The notes under the pieces are model-generated. The model did no database searches. It saw only the letters and a program-made list of their open reading frames with translations, and was not told the origin of the DNA. Below, one piece after another: positions 22,444-34,780 of a DNA stretch of 64,000 nucleotides. A program made the position numbers and the translations under genes. Source of the stretch: Naegleria gruberi (taxonomy: Eukaryota); assembly GCA_000004985.1 (NCBI GenBank), contig GG738932.1; one strand, given 5' to 3'. The stretch's first letter is position 1; each line of letters starts with the position of its first letter.

Positions 22444-24228
22444 TTATTTAATAAATGCTTCCTTGTGAGTATTTAGATATGAATTAATGACACACTTCTT
22501 GTCATTACTCTTTTCATTCATTCCAATTTGAACCAATCCATAATTACGTTCCTTATTCCAACTTCCGTGTTTGAACGACCATCCATCAACTAGCTCATCA
22601 CTTGCACCTATTAGAAATTTGAGAAGAGTGGATTCGAATAATGGAATGATGGAATTGCAAATTGCAGAGGAAGTCAATTGTTCACATAAGACTTCTCCAT
22701 TTTTGTAGATGGAGGTACTTCCTCCAATGTGAACATCACCTCCAAGGAATAGTCCATTTCGTTTCGAATCAGCTTCCTTCCACTTTTTCATCAATTCTAA
22801 TAATTTCAATTGCTCTGGAAAGTGATCTCCAAAAACAAAGTGATCTTTGAAATCATCTAGTTCACTATTCAGCGTTGGAAGTTTGTCTGTTATTTTCTTA
22901 TTGAGGAATATGAGTGGCACCGAGCAAACAATGACTAAAGATTTCACTTTTGGAGATGAAAGTGGACCTCCCTCTTCCAGAATCCAATTATTGATATCCT
23001 TCCATTGATCTTCTGTCATGAATTTGAGGTTATTTCCAGATTGGTGTTCAAGGAAGCTTCGAGAAGCTCTCAAATCTAAAACTACAATTCCAGTATCTCC
23101 AATTATATTGTAATAAGCTTCATGCTTTTTGAAAATTTCCTCCTTATTAGAAACGTCACCTCTCAAACTTCTTTGATATTCCCAATAGACCTCTCTTGCC
23201 AAAGAACCAACATAATATGGGATACTTCCTTGAGTTTGGTCAGATGGATTAGATCCCCAATCATCTCTAATCTCGTGATCATCAAGAATCATTAAATTGC
23301 TCACTTGAGATAATACCTTCCTTGTTGCGATATGATTCCAATTGAATCTATAATACTTTCTAAATTCCTCTTTGATTAATTCCTCCTCCTCATTGCTGAC
23401 CTTGTTTCTAGAATTGCAAATCTTGACAGCTTCATCAAAAGCATTATGTCCATAATCTTAATAATTGGTCAATTCATTAAATTGTTAATAATAATTGAAA
23501 TAGAGATACGTACCAGCATAAATTTGATCTCCCATATGAAGAAGTACATCAGTATTGTCAATTTGTTCCAGCATTCGTTCCCAAGTATCCTTTCCAGGTT
23601 CTCTTCTTTCAATAAAGTTGCAACTCACACAATTGATGGTCAACTTGTGAGATGAATCTGGAATTTGAGATAATTTATCTTCATCAATCATTGTCTTGAT
23701 GATTCCTACTCGAGTTTCACCATTACAAATGTTTCCAAATTCAACTCGATAAACAGTGTCAGGTTTCAATCCATCCAATTGAAATACGAAAGGAGTATTC
23801 GATTTTTCAATGGAAACTGTTTTTGAAAAACAAATACCTTGTTTCTTCATCGTCATGAGTGAATTATTCAACACTTTCGAATGAGAACCAGAGCGTTTCT
23901 TTTTGAAAAATGATTCCTCAACATTGAAATGACTTCTCTCACAAACTCCAAAAACTTGTACATTCAAATTGATAGCTTTCGAGCACTCAACCAAAACTCT
24001 TGCACTATTACTGGTTACTGTACCAATTACAGGACCAACTGTCATGAAAGTATTGTCATATAATTCAGAAATTGGTAAATTCTGATTCGTGACAGCCAAA
24101 TCATTGGATCCAACACTTGGAACTGCTTCAAAAAACAATTCAATACTTCCAGATTTGGCATCAATCAATGGGTAGGTTCTTCTCAATGGTTTTCCCACCT
24201 TTAAATTCAATCCAAAAAATTGTATCAT
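22444..24228 (-). CDS. PhoD-like metallophosphatase. Exons 24228..23514 and 23456..22444, with a 57-nt phase-1 intron at 23457-23513.
   Basis: Exon 1 ends in ...LHMGDQIYA and exon 2 continues D YGHNAFDEAV...MILDDHEIRDDWG. After splicing this gives GDQIYADY and DDHEI, the hallmark PhoD/metallophosphatase motifs. Donor GTACGT, acceptor TTAAG. Confidence 0.8.
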
Positions 24229-24290
24229 TACAAATCCAATAACTTGAGAAACAAGTCAATCAATACTTTCCAATATAAATTTAAACGAAC

Positions 24291-24606
24291 CTTCATCCTT
24301 CAATATGGCATTCTTATCCACCACTCTCACTACCAAATATTTATCCATTGGATCCTTCTTCTCCATACCAGAATTGACTTGAGGAAATTTGAATTGAAAT
24401 TGTTCATTAAATTCTGGATTTAAACTAGTAATCACTCTTGTCTGTTTAATTCCCTCCTCATTATCAGTCTGTGCTTGTTTAAATTTGTTTGGATCTGAGT
24501 GAGCAACCCACACCTGCACATACGCATCACATGATCCCAACAAGTCAACTTTAGGCAGGTCAGTACATTTTATTATGGAAACTTTCAAAGAATGTTGTTG
24601 TTGCAT
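24291..24606 (-). CDS. C2-domain exon, a candidate N-terminal exon of the PhoD-like gene
   Basis: The ORF encodes a C2 domain (VSIIKCTDLPKVDLLGSCDAYVQVWV...TRVITSLNPEFNEQFQF...LVVRVVDKN). It is in the same frame as the PhoD ORF and separated from it only by a TGA. A candidate 48-nt in-frame intron (24243-24290, GTTCGT...CTCAAG) would remove that TGA. Confidence 0.4.
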
Positions 24607-25588
24607 ATTTTTTGAATTGTTGAAGTGGTGCTAGTTTGTTGTTGTGCATTTATCCATTATCACAAAAGGTTCGAAAGTTTGTCTTGATGGAGAACGTTGA
24701 AAATTCCATGTTTAGTCTTTGTTTCCAATAAAGATTCGTGCACAATAGCACTATAAGGTTTGAAAAAGGTTCATTGGAGGATGGTGTTGACAAGTTGAAA
24801 GTGTTTTCAGTAATTTCAAGTTTCTTATCATCACTGAAGTAATAGTTGAACAGAGAATTGGAATTGAACAATTGATGAAGATGAAATTAAAACACACGTA
24901 TCAGTGATGATGAGCAACGGAAAAGAAGAAGAACTCCTTCCGAGAACATGACCTATCTAATTTGAATTAACAAATATTGTTGATTTCACTTTTTGAAATT
25001 ATATCAAATGTTCATATATCATCATCTCAACATGATATCATTGTGTGTTAATTTTCATCCTGGTTGCTAATTGGTTGGATCGTTATTATGAAATTATCTT
25101 TTCCAAAGTTAATTTTCAAATCACCAACCACATAAATAATCATTATTAAATTATTGGAATCGAATATCATGTCTTTGGATCGCCAATTTATAAATTTATA
25201 ATCAAGTTATTTGGAATATATTTTCCACAATCACTCCACAACAATTCAAAGAATTTATTTCTAATTTTGATTCTGAGATGCTAGCAATTCCAAAAAGAAA
25301 CTGTGGGAATCTTTCTTCACCCTATTGGCATTGACCACCAACAGTATTGAAAGAAACAGTTGATGAAAATAAGCAAATGTGGTAAAATTTCACAAGTTAA
25401 GCACCTTAATAACATTAAAACTCAAAAATCATCTTGGAATCGTTTTAGAATGAACCAATTGAGTTGTTGGATTGTGGCATGTTCAATTGTGGACAATTGG
25501 AGTAAGATGAATAGGATAATTTTCTAAAAGATGCAATAATTGTGGGTAATTGGAAAAGGAAATTGAGGAAATTAAAGTTGGCGAAAGT

Positions 25589-26104
25589 TTAGTTTAATAA
25601 TTCATGAATGGAAGGAATACAAGTTCGAATAATCTTGTGATGATTGGTTTCTGAAGATAAATTACAGGTAGAGTTTGGAGATGAAGAAAGAGTTGTTGAG
25701 TTGGGCGAAACTAGGTGGTCCTCTTTCTTTGGTATAATTACAGGAATTGATGAATTACAATTATTCGAAAGTGAAACACCTGTGTTTCTTCTTTCCATTT
25801 TGTGTTTCTTTAGAGAAGATAACCCAGATGTATTCTTTGTATTGTAAGGTTTCCAATTATTATTGTTATGGAGATTAGTCCCAAAGTTTATCACACTTTC
25901 GTATGCATGTAACGTTCCAGGTTTTCTATTCTTGATTGTAAACATGCAACCCATTTTGGTGAAGGAAACAATTTCAAACACTCTGTGCTGATTGGATCCA
26001 TTCGAAACTTGTTGTTTCCTTGATTGGTTGGCACCTGGCAGCTGTCTCTCCACATGCACATACTCATTTGACATTTGGCGTCTTTCTTTCTTTACCAACA
26101 CCAT
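25589..26104 (-). CDS. SISIRELLN-family paralog a (171 aa)
   Basis: Internal motif FEIVSFTKMGCMFTIKNRKPGTLHAYESVINF. The C-terminus IIRTCIPSIHELLN-stop is a diverged form of the family ending. S/N-rich low-complexity middle. Confidence 0.6.
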   Translation of the reverse strand: MVLVKKERRQMSNEYVHVERQLPGANQSRKQQVSNGSNQHRVFEIVSFTKMGCMFTIKNRKPGTLHAYESVINFGTNLHNNNNWKPYNTKNTSGLSSLKKHKMERRNTGVSLSNNCNSSIPVIIPKKEDHLVSPNSTTLSSSPNSTCNLSSETNHHKIIRTCIPSIHELLN

Positions 26105-26395
26105 TCTCTCTGTTTTTTTACAAATCGAAAAATTAATTATCTTGCCAATAAAATCAACGAGAAGAAATCAGTCAAACTGTAATTGTTCAGTGCGCAAGTC
26201 AATTAAGTTTCCAAATAAAGACGCATGGTTTACAAATTTAAATTTCCAACACCTCAAATCATATTCAAAGGCAAAGCCAACCGGTTGATTTCTCTTCCTT
26301 TCAAGTTTCGAATATAGAAAGCGATAACAGATTTGTATGTGGATCTTTCCAATATATTCCTTGTTTCGAAAATTGAATCAAATACTGTTGTTGGT

Positions 26396-26908
26396 TTAAT
26401 TGAGCAATTCCTTTATTGACAGAACTGCTGAACGTTTTACATGTGGTTGCGTGGTATTATTCAGCAGTATTAGTGGAGTGGTATTCGAAAGGTTTAGTGT
26501 ATCAAGAATACATGAAGAATTGCAGTTGTTGGTTGGTGCTGATTCTGTTGCTGAAGTTGTGGATACGCAACATGGAGTTGATAATGTACATTTAGATTCA
26601 GTTTTCTTCTTTTGTTTTACTGATCTAGAAGTTTTTCTATTCGAATCTTTGGTTGGTTGATAAGTGTAGAATTTTACTGAACCAATCTTTGAGATTTCTC
26701 TTCTTTTAAGAGATTTCTGAACAGAGTAACTCTCCTTTCCAATCTTTGTTTCTTCACACGTTGGTAAAGTTCTCCAGTGTGAAAAATAAACCTGTGAGCT
26801 TTCGTCTGGTTTAATCTTCTTTGAAAACATGCTGACATTTGCTTGCTCCACCATCACAACCCTGTCATGTTGAAGAACAGGAAGAGATTGCACAATATTA
26901 TATTTCAT
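26396..26908 (-). CDS. SISIRELLN-family paralog b (170 aa)
   Basis: N-proximal VVMVEQANVSMFSKKIKP...QVYFS. C-terminus KRSAVLSIKELLN-stop. Confidence 0.55.
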   Translation of the reverse strand: MKYNIVQSLPVLQHDRVVMVEQANVSMFSKKIKPDESSQVYFSHWRTLPTCEETKIGKESYSVQKSLKRREISKIGSVKFYTYQPTKDSNRKTSRSVKQKKKTESKCTLSTPCCVSTTSATESAPTNNCNSSCILDTLNLSNTTPLILLNNTTQPHVKRSAVLSIKELLN

Positions 26909-27333
26909 TTGTTTTTTCTAGTAGTTAATTAAGAGTTGTCCAACAAACCTTTCGTCTTTGCTATTCGAAAACTGCTTGGTCAACATCCCAAAAAGATCTT
27001 GAGGTGGTTGAATATGTTAACAAACAGAACACAAGGATTCTCAAGTGTTTACAGTTTTTCAGATTCTTTTTTGGAAACACTGTTAATAGACAACAGTAGT
27101 TCAATATTTACAGTTATTCGAAATGGTTGATTATCATCCAATCAATTTACAAAATGAAACTGTAATGCATGACCAAACATAAACTCCAATTAGCAATTAA
27201 ATTGCCAATAATCATTAAGAAAAATTGAACGAATTCAAACGAAAGTTACGGATAATGTCACTTGTCTTTTGATTTACTTTAGTACAGTACGCCAACATGC
27301 AAAAAACCATTGAACAAAATAAACTCAAAATTG

Positions 27334-28011
27334 TTAATTTAATAATTCCCGAATTGATATCGAAGACCTCACAATTCTAGGTGAAGAAACTTTAGGCGTT
27401 GTTTGGACGAAACTTGTTGGTGAAACAAATTCTTGTTGACAGGTGGTAGGAATGCAAGTCATGGTTGTATTCACAGTCATTGGTGTGGATACCTGTTGAG
27501 TTGGAGGAATAAATTGGGTTGGATTAGAATAACTTTGAATGAATTCTTGTCTTGGTGAATTGTTGGCATTTGACATTTTGTTTTGCTTTTTTAATTTAGG
27601 TGATGCTGATCTAGATTGAATGGAACCACTTGATGAGGAGCTACAGGAAGTATTATCATTGACTGAGAAAACTTTCTCATGAGAATGTAAAGATTGCTTT
27701 CGTCTACGTTTGGAAACATTAAATAATGAATTGGTCATTGGAGAAAGTTCATAAACAATCTGATTGTTATTCGAAGGATGCTGTAAAAGATTAGTCTGAC
27801 AGCAATTGGTTGTGGTTGGAGACATTTTACGTGACTTTTTAATCTTATTCGAAATTTGTGGAGTTGTAGCATTTTGATTCCAATAGAAATAATTTGGTTG
27901 TGCTGTCGATTGACCATAACACTTGTAGGATTGAGCTTCTGTTTGCAAAGTCATAACTAGTTTCCTATCTTGCTGACTGCTGCTTTGAAAATTAACAATG
28001 GAAAGCTTCAT
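27334..28011 (-). CDS. SISIRELLN-family paralog c (225 aa)
   Basis: ATG at 28011. Motif NSLFNVSKRRRKQSLHSHEKVFSV. C-terminus SPRIVRSSISIRELLN-stop. Confidence 0.65.
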   Translation of the reverse strand: MKLSIVNFQSSSQQDRKLVMTLQTEAQSYKCYGQSTAQPNYFYWNQNATTPQISNKIKKSRKMSPTTTNCCQTNLLQHPSNNNQIVYELSPMTNSLFNVSKRRRKQSLHSHEKVFSVNDNTSCSSSSSGSIQSRSASPKLKKQNKMSNANNSPRQEFIQSYSNPTQFIPPTQQVSTPMTVNTTMTCIPTTCQQEFVSPTSFVQTTPKVSSPRIVRSSISIRELLN

Positions 28012-28943
28012 TATGTTTCGAATATTGTTTAGTGTTGTTTTTTTGTCTGTTGATGTAACACTGTGCTGTCTATATCCAACAGTTCAAAAATTCTTCAGCT
28101 TTTCACTTATTGTGTAACTTTATTCGAATGAGGAAGACACTCAAATTGTTATTGGATTCCAAATTGTTTCTTCATTGACCAAATTTAATGTGTACTTTCC
28201 ATTAATGCCAAGTTGAAAATTGACACCTTGCTTCTTTTTAAAAAACTCCCAAAACATCAATTTCCTTCCAACATGTAAGGTGCTAAACGAGTCAAGACAA
28301 GACTTTTTGTAGTATGGTTGTGAAAAGGAAATGGATTGAGTCACGTTGATTTATGGCACATTTACTTTACCATTTTCAAAATCTAATAGGTCAAACTGTA
28401 GTAAAACATGTTGAGGTGATGTTGTAAAAGGGGTATTTATTGAAATGATGTGGTGTTTATTAACGAGCTCTTCAATCAAGTCGACCTCATAATTGAATTC
28501 CATTCGAAAATAAAAAATTCTGCACGTTTTTAATCTATTTGGCTCTTCAAAATACCAAAAAGTGGTCTTACCAAATTCATTCTGATTTACCGCTCAAACT
28601 CGTTATGAATAAATTTAAAAAAAAAATAATCCAATCACTTACTCTCTGCTTCAATGACTCTACCACTTCTAGAATTTACTTCATAAAGATGAAGAATTTT
28701 CTGCACAGTTCATCCAACAAGTTACCATTAACACCTTCCAAGAAAGTAGATTTTCCTTATGAAAAGGCCTGCTAATCCTATTTCTAACCTTACTAGTTGT
28801 TAATAGTTGAAAAACATAGCTCGGGCGCACAATTTGATGATGAAAGATATGTTGTTGATGAAAGAGAACCTTTCAATAGATGGTTATCGTGGTTTATTGT
28901 CGTGCCATTATCTCTTCTGTTTCGCGATATTAAAACAAACCAA

Positions 28944-31004
28944 ATGGAAAAAAGAATGTCGACAACAGGTTCTTCCTCATCATCGTCATCTACATCTTCA
29001 AACTCTCCACAAGCAACAACACCATCATCAAATAATAATAATAATAACTCCAATACAAATAATAATAATAATAATAATACTGATGGTAATAAAGAACAAG
29101 AACACGATGAAAATATTCAAAACGGATTCTATTCAATATCTTGTTTAAATTGTAGAAAATCCCATCGATCCTGCAATAAACAATTTCCAACATGTTCTGA
29201 TTGTTTTGAAAGGAATCAGGAATGTATCTATGAATGTCCAAAGAAGAAGGGACGTAAGAAGGGAAGTAGAAATCAGAAAACTCTCGCAACAACAACAACA
29301 ACTGATAATCAACAAGCTAATAGAACAACAACAAAATCTAGGAAACAAAAAACTAATGCTGCAACTTCTCCTCCAGAAGCAACTAATTCATCCTCTGCCT
29401 CCTCATCCTCTTCAAATAATGTAGTGGGTGTTCAACAACAAGATGATTATACAGATTTGTTGAATTTAATTAATAATTATTCTCCATCTTCCAATCAATC
29501 AACTCATCAACTTATTAGAAGAATTTATCAACCCTATGTTAGAATGCAACAACACTTTTTGAATGATAGTATTAGAAAGAGAACTGTTGATATATTCTTT
29601 GAAGTGGTAGGAATGGGATATGATATCATTAGTAGACCAAAATTGGAACAATTAGCATTTGATTATATGAATGATAATATTGAGGAGGATGGAATATTTG
29701 CAAAGAATGTTGGATTTCAAGTTTCTGCAACGAGACACTCTGCAAAAGCAATGCTCTTTGCTATGCAAGCAATGGGAGAACAACGAATGGGAAATTTGGA
29801 TCTTGCTCACAAGGCCTACATGGAATCGAGACATCAATTGACACAATCATTTGATAATATTGATAATACCTATGTGAAAATTGCTTATGGATTATTGTCT
29901 TGCTATTTGGCAGGTGAGGGAGATGATGTGACTGCTCACTATTATCTCAATAATCTCCAACATGCTCTCGAACGTCCAGCCACCAACAATGCCTATCTCC
30001 TCCTAGAGACTGGAGATATCAGCGAGCCAGAAAGACAAGCAAAGCATTTCAATACCTTTATGCTGAAACAAAAAGTTTGCCTCGATCACAACAATCCACA
30101 AGATTTGAATATTTGGGAAGGTTTCATTTCAATGTACACTGCCAAGACACATGAAAATCCTCCTCAAGTGATTACAGATATTATTAGACGACAACCTTCT
30201 CCTCAATTGTTGGCAGTTGTTGATTTGATTATTTCAGTAATGAATACTGCATCAAAATTACATCTTTTCACAGAGAGTCAACGAAAAACATCAGCTGTCT
30301 ATGTTTCCATGATGAATTATTCAGCAAAGATTGCTGTCTTGCTCACTCTGGGAATTCAAGGTGGCGCCTTGTTGGATAATCTGGCAGATAGTGTTACTGC
30401 TTTGACTGATAGTGATATTTTCATGCTGTTGCCTTGTAGTGCCATTCACTACTTTGCCATTGCAATGAATTATAGAGTGAAACAATTCCAATTTGTGCAA
30501 GCAATTATTCAACAAAAATTGGATACTGGAAGAAGTTTAATGTCAATATTTGAAGACCAATATGAAAAACACTACTTTGAAATGGTTATGAAGGACATGA
30601 AGGCCCTCACTAGAATGAATACCAGATTTAAACGTGTGGAAAAGTACTATAGCACTTTAATTAGCAATTTGAAAGCAATTTTACAATGGAAATCGGATAG
30701 AATGGTGGAAATTATTCAAAAAATTGGATTTATTTCAGAGCATATTGGAGTTGAACAATTCAATCCTTACCAGAATACATTGCACAATGAACAAGTAATT
30801 GGCTCGGCTCTAAGCAAACAAGCTTTACCATCATCTTCATTTATTTCATCATTTTCATCATTTGAAAAGAACACATCAGCACCAACAATTTCTCAAAGTG
30901 ATCAACAACTCCTTTTGGATTCATTGGATAATCTTCTCGGCTCTTCAGCAAATAATGACGAGTTCCTAAACTTTGACATTCCAGATTTCACATCACAACA
31001 TTAA
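28944..31004 (+). CDS. Zn(II)2Cys6 binuclear-cluster transcription factor (about 686 aa from ATG 28944; the ORF extends upstream to 28797)
   Basis: CLNCRKSHRSCNKQFPTCSDCFERNQEC has the C-x2-C-x6-C-x6-C-x2-C-x6-C spacing of a Zn2Cys6 domain, followed by the basic stretch KKKGRKKGSR. S/N/T-rich N-terminal and linker regions, then a long helical middle-homology-like domain. TAA stop at 31002-31004. Confidence 0.8.
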   Translation: MEKRMSTTGSSSSSSSTSSNSPQATTPSSNNNNNNSNTNNNNNNNTDGNKEQEHDENIQNGFYSISCLNCRKSHRSCNKQFPTCSDCFERNQECIYECPKKKGRKKGSRNQKTLATTTTTDNQQANRTTTKSRKQKTNAATSPPEATNSSSASSSSSNNVVGVQQQDDYTDLLNLINNYSPSSNQSTHQLIRRIYQPYVRMQQHFLNDSIRKRTVDIFFEVVGMGYDIISRPKLEQLAFDYMNDNIEEDGIFAKNVGFQVSATRHSAKAMLFAMQAMGEQRMGNLDLAHKAYMESRHQLTQSFDNIDNTYVKIAYGLLSCYLAGEGDDVTAHYYLNNLQHALERPATNNAYLLLETGDISEPERQAKHFNTFMLKQKVCLDHNNPQDLNIWEGFISMYTAKTHENPPQVITDIIRRQPSPQLLAVVDLIISVMNTASKLHLFTESQRKTSAVYVSMMNYSAKIAVLLTLGIQGGALLDNLADSVTALTDSDIFMLLPCSAIHYFAIAMNYRVKQFQFVQAIIQQKLDTGRSLMSIFEDQYEKHYFEMVMKDMKALTRMNTRFKRVEKYYSTLISNLKAILQWKSDRMVEIIQKIGFISEHIGVEQFNPYQNTLHNEQVIGSALSKQALPSSSFISSFSSFEKNTSAPTISQSDQQLLLDSLDNLLGSSANNDEFLNFDIPDFTSQH

Positions 31005-32422
31005 ATCTTTTGTAATTCAATTTGACTATTAGTGGCTGGCTGTGTAGATGTTGTCTTTTTTTGTTGAGCTAACACTTGATCACTTGGAAGTCTAAACAAT
31101 CTCTGAACTTCCTTCAATGGATGATAAATTACCAACAAGAGCACAATAAATAGCACCATTCCAACATTGAAAAAGATATGGTACAAGAGCAAGATGTAAT
31201 TCCAGAAAAAGCCAAACGAAATGAACAAGACACCAATTGCTTCCAAGAATAAACTTGCCGATAATCCAATCTGCAACATTAAGGCACGTCTAAGAGCTCT
31301 CTTCTTCAGAGCATAGGTTTTAGCTTGTTCCTTGGTGAATTCAATGGTTGGAATTTGTTGAGTAGAGAGAGTTTCGGTTAAACTTGTAGTATTCGTAGAA
31401 AGAACATCCATCAAATCAGAATCCAATTGAGTTTGAGAATTTCCAACATCTTTGGTTGGTGAGGTTGCTCTGGCCACCGAAGCAACTGAGCTTCTTTCAG
31501 TTGCTGTTGTACTCATGGCCAATCGTTGTCTTTTGAATATTTCCTTGAGTTTCTTCTTACTCTTATTCAAAGCTGCTGATAATCTAGCTCCATAAACCTA
31601 ATAAATTTAATTTTCATTATTCAAAATAATGATATAAGAATTATTCGAAATTTGTGTCAATTATTCGAAATTGTAAAATAAACTTACATTCAACATGACT
31701 GTAATAATGAAACATGCAATAAAGAAAACAATGCATGGCACAATAAATATCGATTTTTGAAAATCATTGACCTTATCCGCAGTATCCAAAACATTAGTTG
31801 TCGTTCCTCTCAATCCATGATAAATCCAAATTGCAACATTATTCAATAAAAGTAGGGTGAATATTAAAACGATATTCGAAATGAGAACAACTCGTGAAAT
31901 TTTGTAGGTTGTTGGAGAGACAAATCCAGTTGCTTTGGTTGTGTCAATACTGTGAAATTTGACAATTGACATTATTCGAAACTGAAATTCTGAAACTTAC
32001 AAAACATTACAAATCAAACTCAATATTAAAATTTGCAAAAATATCAAAACTGAAACTGTAAATCTGTCAAATGCCTTAATTCCATTATTTGCATAAAATC
32101 TCACACTACCATTTGGTTCCAATAATGAAAATTCTCCCGCCAATCTTGAACTATTCGAAATCATGGCACTTGCTGAAAGTAAAATCAACAAAATGAATAA
32201 AGTTAATTGGTTTCGTTTCACTTGTTTTCTCTGGAGAATTAAACTAACGATGGAAACTATTAGAAACACTCCAAAAACTATAATGAAAGGTCCAGAGAAT
32301 GAACAAGCAAGAATACTATACAATCCATAGTATCCAATCGTATTTAAATTGGTAGAATTCGATAATGATGAAGAATTGTCAAGAATACTTTCGTATTCAA
32401 GAATATAATGTGACGATTCCAT
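31001..32422 (-). CDS. 7TM receptor-like protein of about 426 aa, three exons: 32422..32001, 31949..31688 and 31597..31001
   Basis: The three consecutive minus-strand ORFs carry 3+2+2 predicted TM helices. Intron 1 (31950-32000, 51 nt, GTAAGT...CACAG) removes an in-frame TAA. Intron 2 (31598-31687, 90 nt, GTAAGT...TTATTAG) is phase 0. The spliced CDS is 1281 nt. Short N-glycosylated N-terminus, a long third intracellular loop and an S/T-rich C-tail. Confidence 0.7.
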
Positions 32423-34281
32423 TCGAAACCTTTCGTTTGTTTTTTTTTAAGTGTGCTGACAATGTGGCGCATCCTCTACCTCAATCCAATGATGCAAACA
32501 TTCAGTGTGTTGCATAATATCTCCTTCCTTCCTTCTAGGATGTTCTATCTCTTCACTATCAAAGTTTCGTTTACTTTCGTTATCTGGATTTCTTCGTAGT
32601 ATTGTCGTACCTATAACATCGCATCTAGAAGTGTTTTTAATTTAGTAGGTTGAGCTCAAATAGTGCAGTTGAGCAAGCGGAATATTTCTACTTTACAATG
32701 AATTATTCATTTTAGTGGGTTTCTTGAATTGTTGCGGATTTCTAAATTGATTGTATTGGTAAATAGGTGAGCGCGCTTTGTACATTAATTTGTGCTATAT
32801 TATTTCACATGTTTTGTAAATATGATATTTACTTTTCAATACATTACAGTAAATACTTATTAAATATTAAAATATTTGAAAAATAAAAATTTATCAAAAA
32901 AAATAGCCTCAAATACATGTATGGTACCGTGAGTTTTCATGTTGTTGTTGTTATGCGAACTTTATGGCTGAGGAATGTTGATGATGAAGATTAGGCTCGG
33001 AAGCGATTTTATGTTTTCTTAGCGTAGAAGTGATTGGAAAATAGTAGTGTTGTGAGTTTTTAAATATTATTCAAGGAGTATTTAATGGATGGGTGGATGG
33101 ATTGTATTCAGATGATGACCATAATGTAGCAATGTAGTAATGATTTGGTATTTTGCAAGGTGTAGAAAGATTACGTTTGCTTGATGGTATTTAGCAAGAA
33201 TTGTTAGTGGAGTAAGTAATAATTCTATTTAAATCAATTTAATATTAAGTTGCACAATAGAGGATGAATCCAACATGAATTTGATGAATGGCCTGTTACA
33301 GTTGTCAAGATGATCATTGGAGAGGAGAAGCATGAAATATCTTCCCAAATTATTTACACATTGGGAAACAAGACACTCTCTTTAAGAAATGATCAAGTTG
33401 ACTGGATGTAATTATTGGATAGGCATGTGGAGGTGGAGATTGAACCTTTGTTTCAACATTTTCAAAATGAGCAAACTCTAGACCTAGATAAGAGCTATTT
33501 TTGTGGTGGCGCAATCATATTTGTGTTATTGCTTCAAGTCTATAATTTCAGAACAAAATGTACGTGTAAAAGTTTGCCAATTCTATCTTTCTAAAACAAA
33601 TGGTACAACAGAATTACAATGCTATATCAGATGGCTCTTAATGAACCAATTTAAAGTAACATCTAGCTCAGTTGAAGAAATCTTTTCTTGTTCAGGGAAG
33701 ATATGAACTGTTGGAGAGATTGAATAGTGATTTCAAATATGTTTAGAAACAGTCAAACAAAATGTTCATGCACTTCAATATGCATCTGATGAATTGAAAG
33801 ATCAGATAGATTTCATATTAGATAGAAATTGTGTTACAAGCAACCAAACATTATCTGTCTAGAAAATCCCTCCGTTTTTTCCTAGAAATTCCAATTTTAT
33901 ACTTAGGTATGACCTTAGTGAAACAACAAGATAATGAAAAAACAGGTAGTAATGGATGTTTTCCATCTACCATGTTGGTTTTATCATTTTAAATGATATA
34001 TTGAAGAAGCCTAGGGATGCAAACACACTTTTTTTAAAAAACGAACTTCTATCTATGGTATTATGTCTGAAAAAATCTGATGCTTTCGAGATATAGTCGT
34101 TAACTGAAGCAGTACTATATACTGTAAACTAGATACCTTCTTTTCCACTTTCAAATAATTTCTTTTTATGAAAAGTTCTGTAATCTTCACTTGTATAATT
34201 TCCATTTTCATCATTCACAAAAAACTATTACAACAACCATATAATCAATCCAAATTATTAGAAACCAATCAAAACAAAACA

Positions 34282-34584
34282 ATGAGAAAACTAATCCTTC
34301 TCCTAATTGCTCTCTTCCTGATTGCTAGCTATCAAACCGTCACTGCTCAATGGTATGGTGCCTACAATGCTGCCTTCAACGCTGCAACCACTCCATGGAT
34401 GGCCACAACTGGAGCTTACAATCCTGCTCTCTACAGCAATGCCTACATGGGTGCCAACTCTTTCACTCCTTATTTGGCCACCTCTGCTGCAACAAGCACA
34501 ATTCCAATTCTTGCAAATATGCAAGCAAGTAGTGCTGCCTTCAATACTTGGTCAACTATGCCATATGGAGGTATGTATTGGTAA
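34282..34584 (+). CDS. Small secreted A/T/Y-rich protein of about 100 aa
   Basis: Signal peptide MRKLILLLIALFLIASYQTVTA, followed by a low-complexity A/T/Y/N region. ATG at 34282. Confidence 0.45.
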   Translation: MRKLILLLIALFLIASYQTVTAQWYGAYNAAFNAATTPWMATTGAYNPALYSNAYMGANSFTPYLATSAATSTIPILANMQASSAAFNTWSTMPYGGMYW

Positions 34585-34692
34585 ATTGAAGAATTGCCAA
34601 CATACGGTTGGAATGTGAGAAGTCATTGTGATTTGATCAAAGAATTGTGAAATAAAGATTCGTGTTATTAATAATATTTACAATGAAATGTT

Positions 34693-34780
34693 GCAAATGG
34701 AAAAGAAAATGAATTTTTCAAATTTCATGTTGTTGTTTCCAAAATGAAAGTAATTGTTTGAGAGAATTTCATCTGATTTT
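34693..34780. repeat. Conserved ~100-bp element, 3' of the 34282 gene. Copy 1 of 2.
   Basis: atggaaa.gaaaatgaatttttcaaattt..atg.t.gtttccaaaatgaaa.t.att.t.tgtttgagag...tttcgtctgg/tttcatctgattttg is shared with 36084-36189. Confidence 0.6.

Noticed and set aside
31982-32000. 19-nt intron (GTAAGTTTCAGAATTTCAG) between the first two ORFs of the 7TM gene
   Set aside because: It is too short for a spliceosomal intron and leaves the downstream exon out of frame. The 51-nt alternative (31950-32000) restores the frame.
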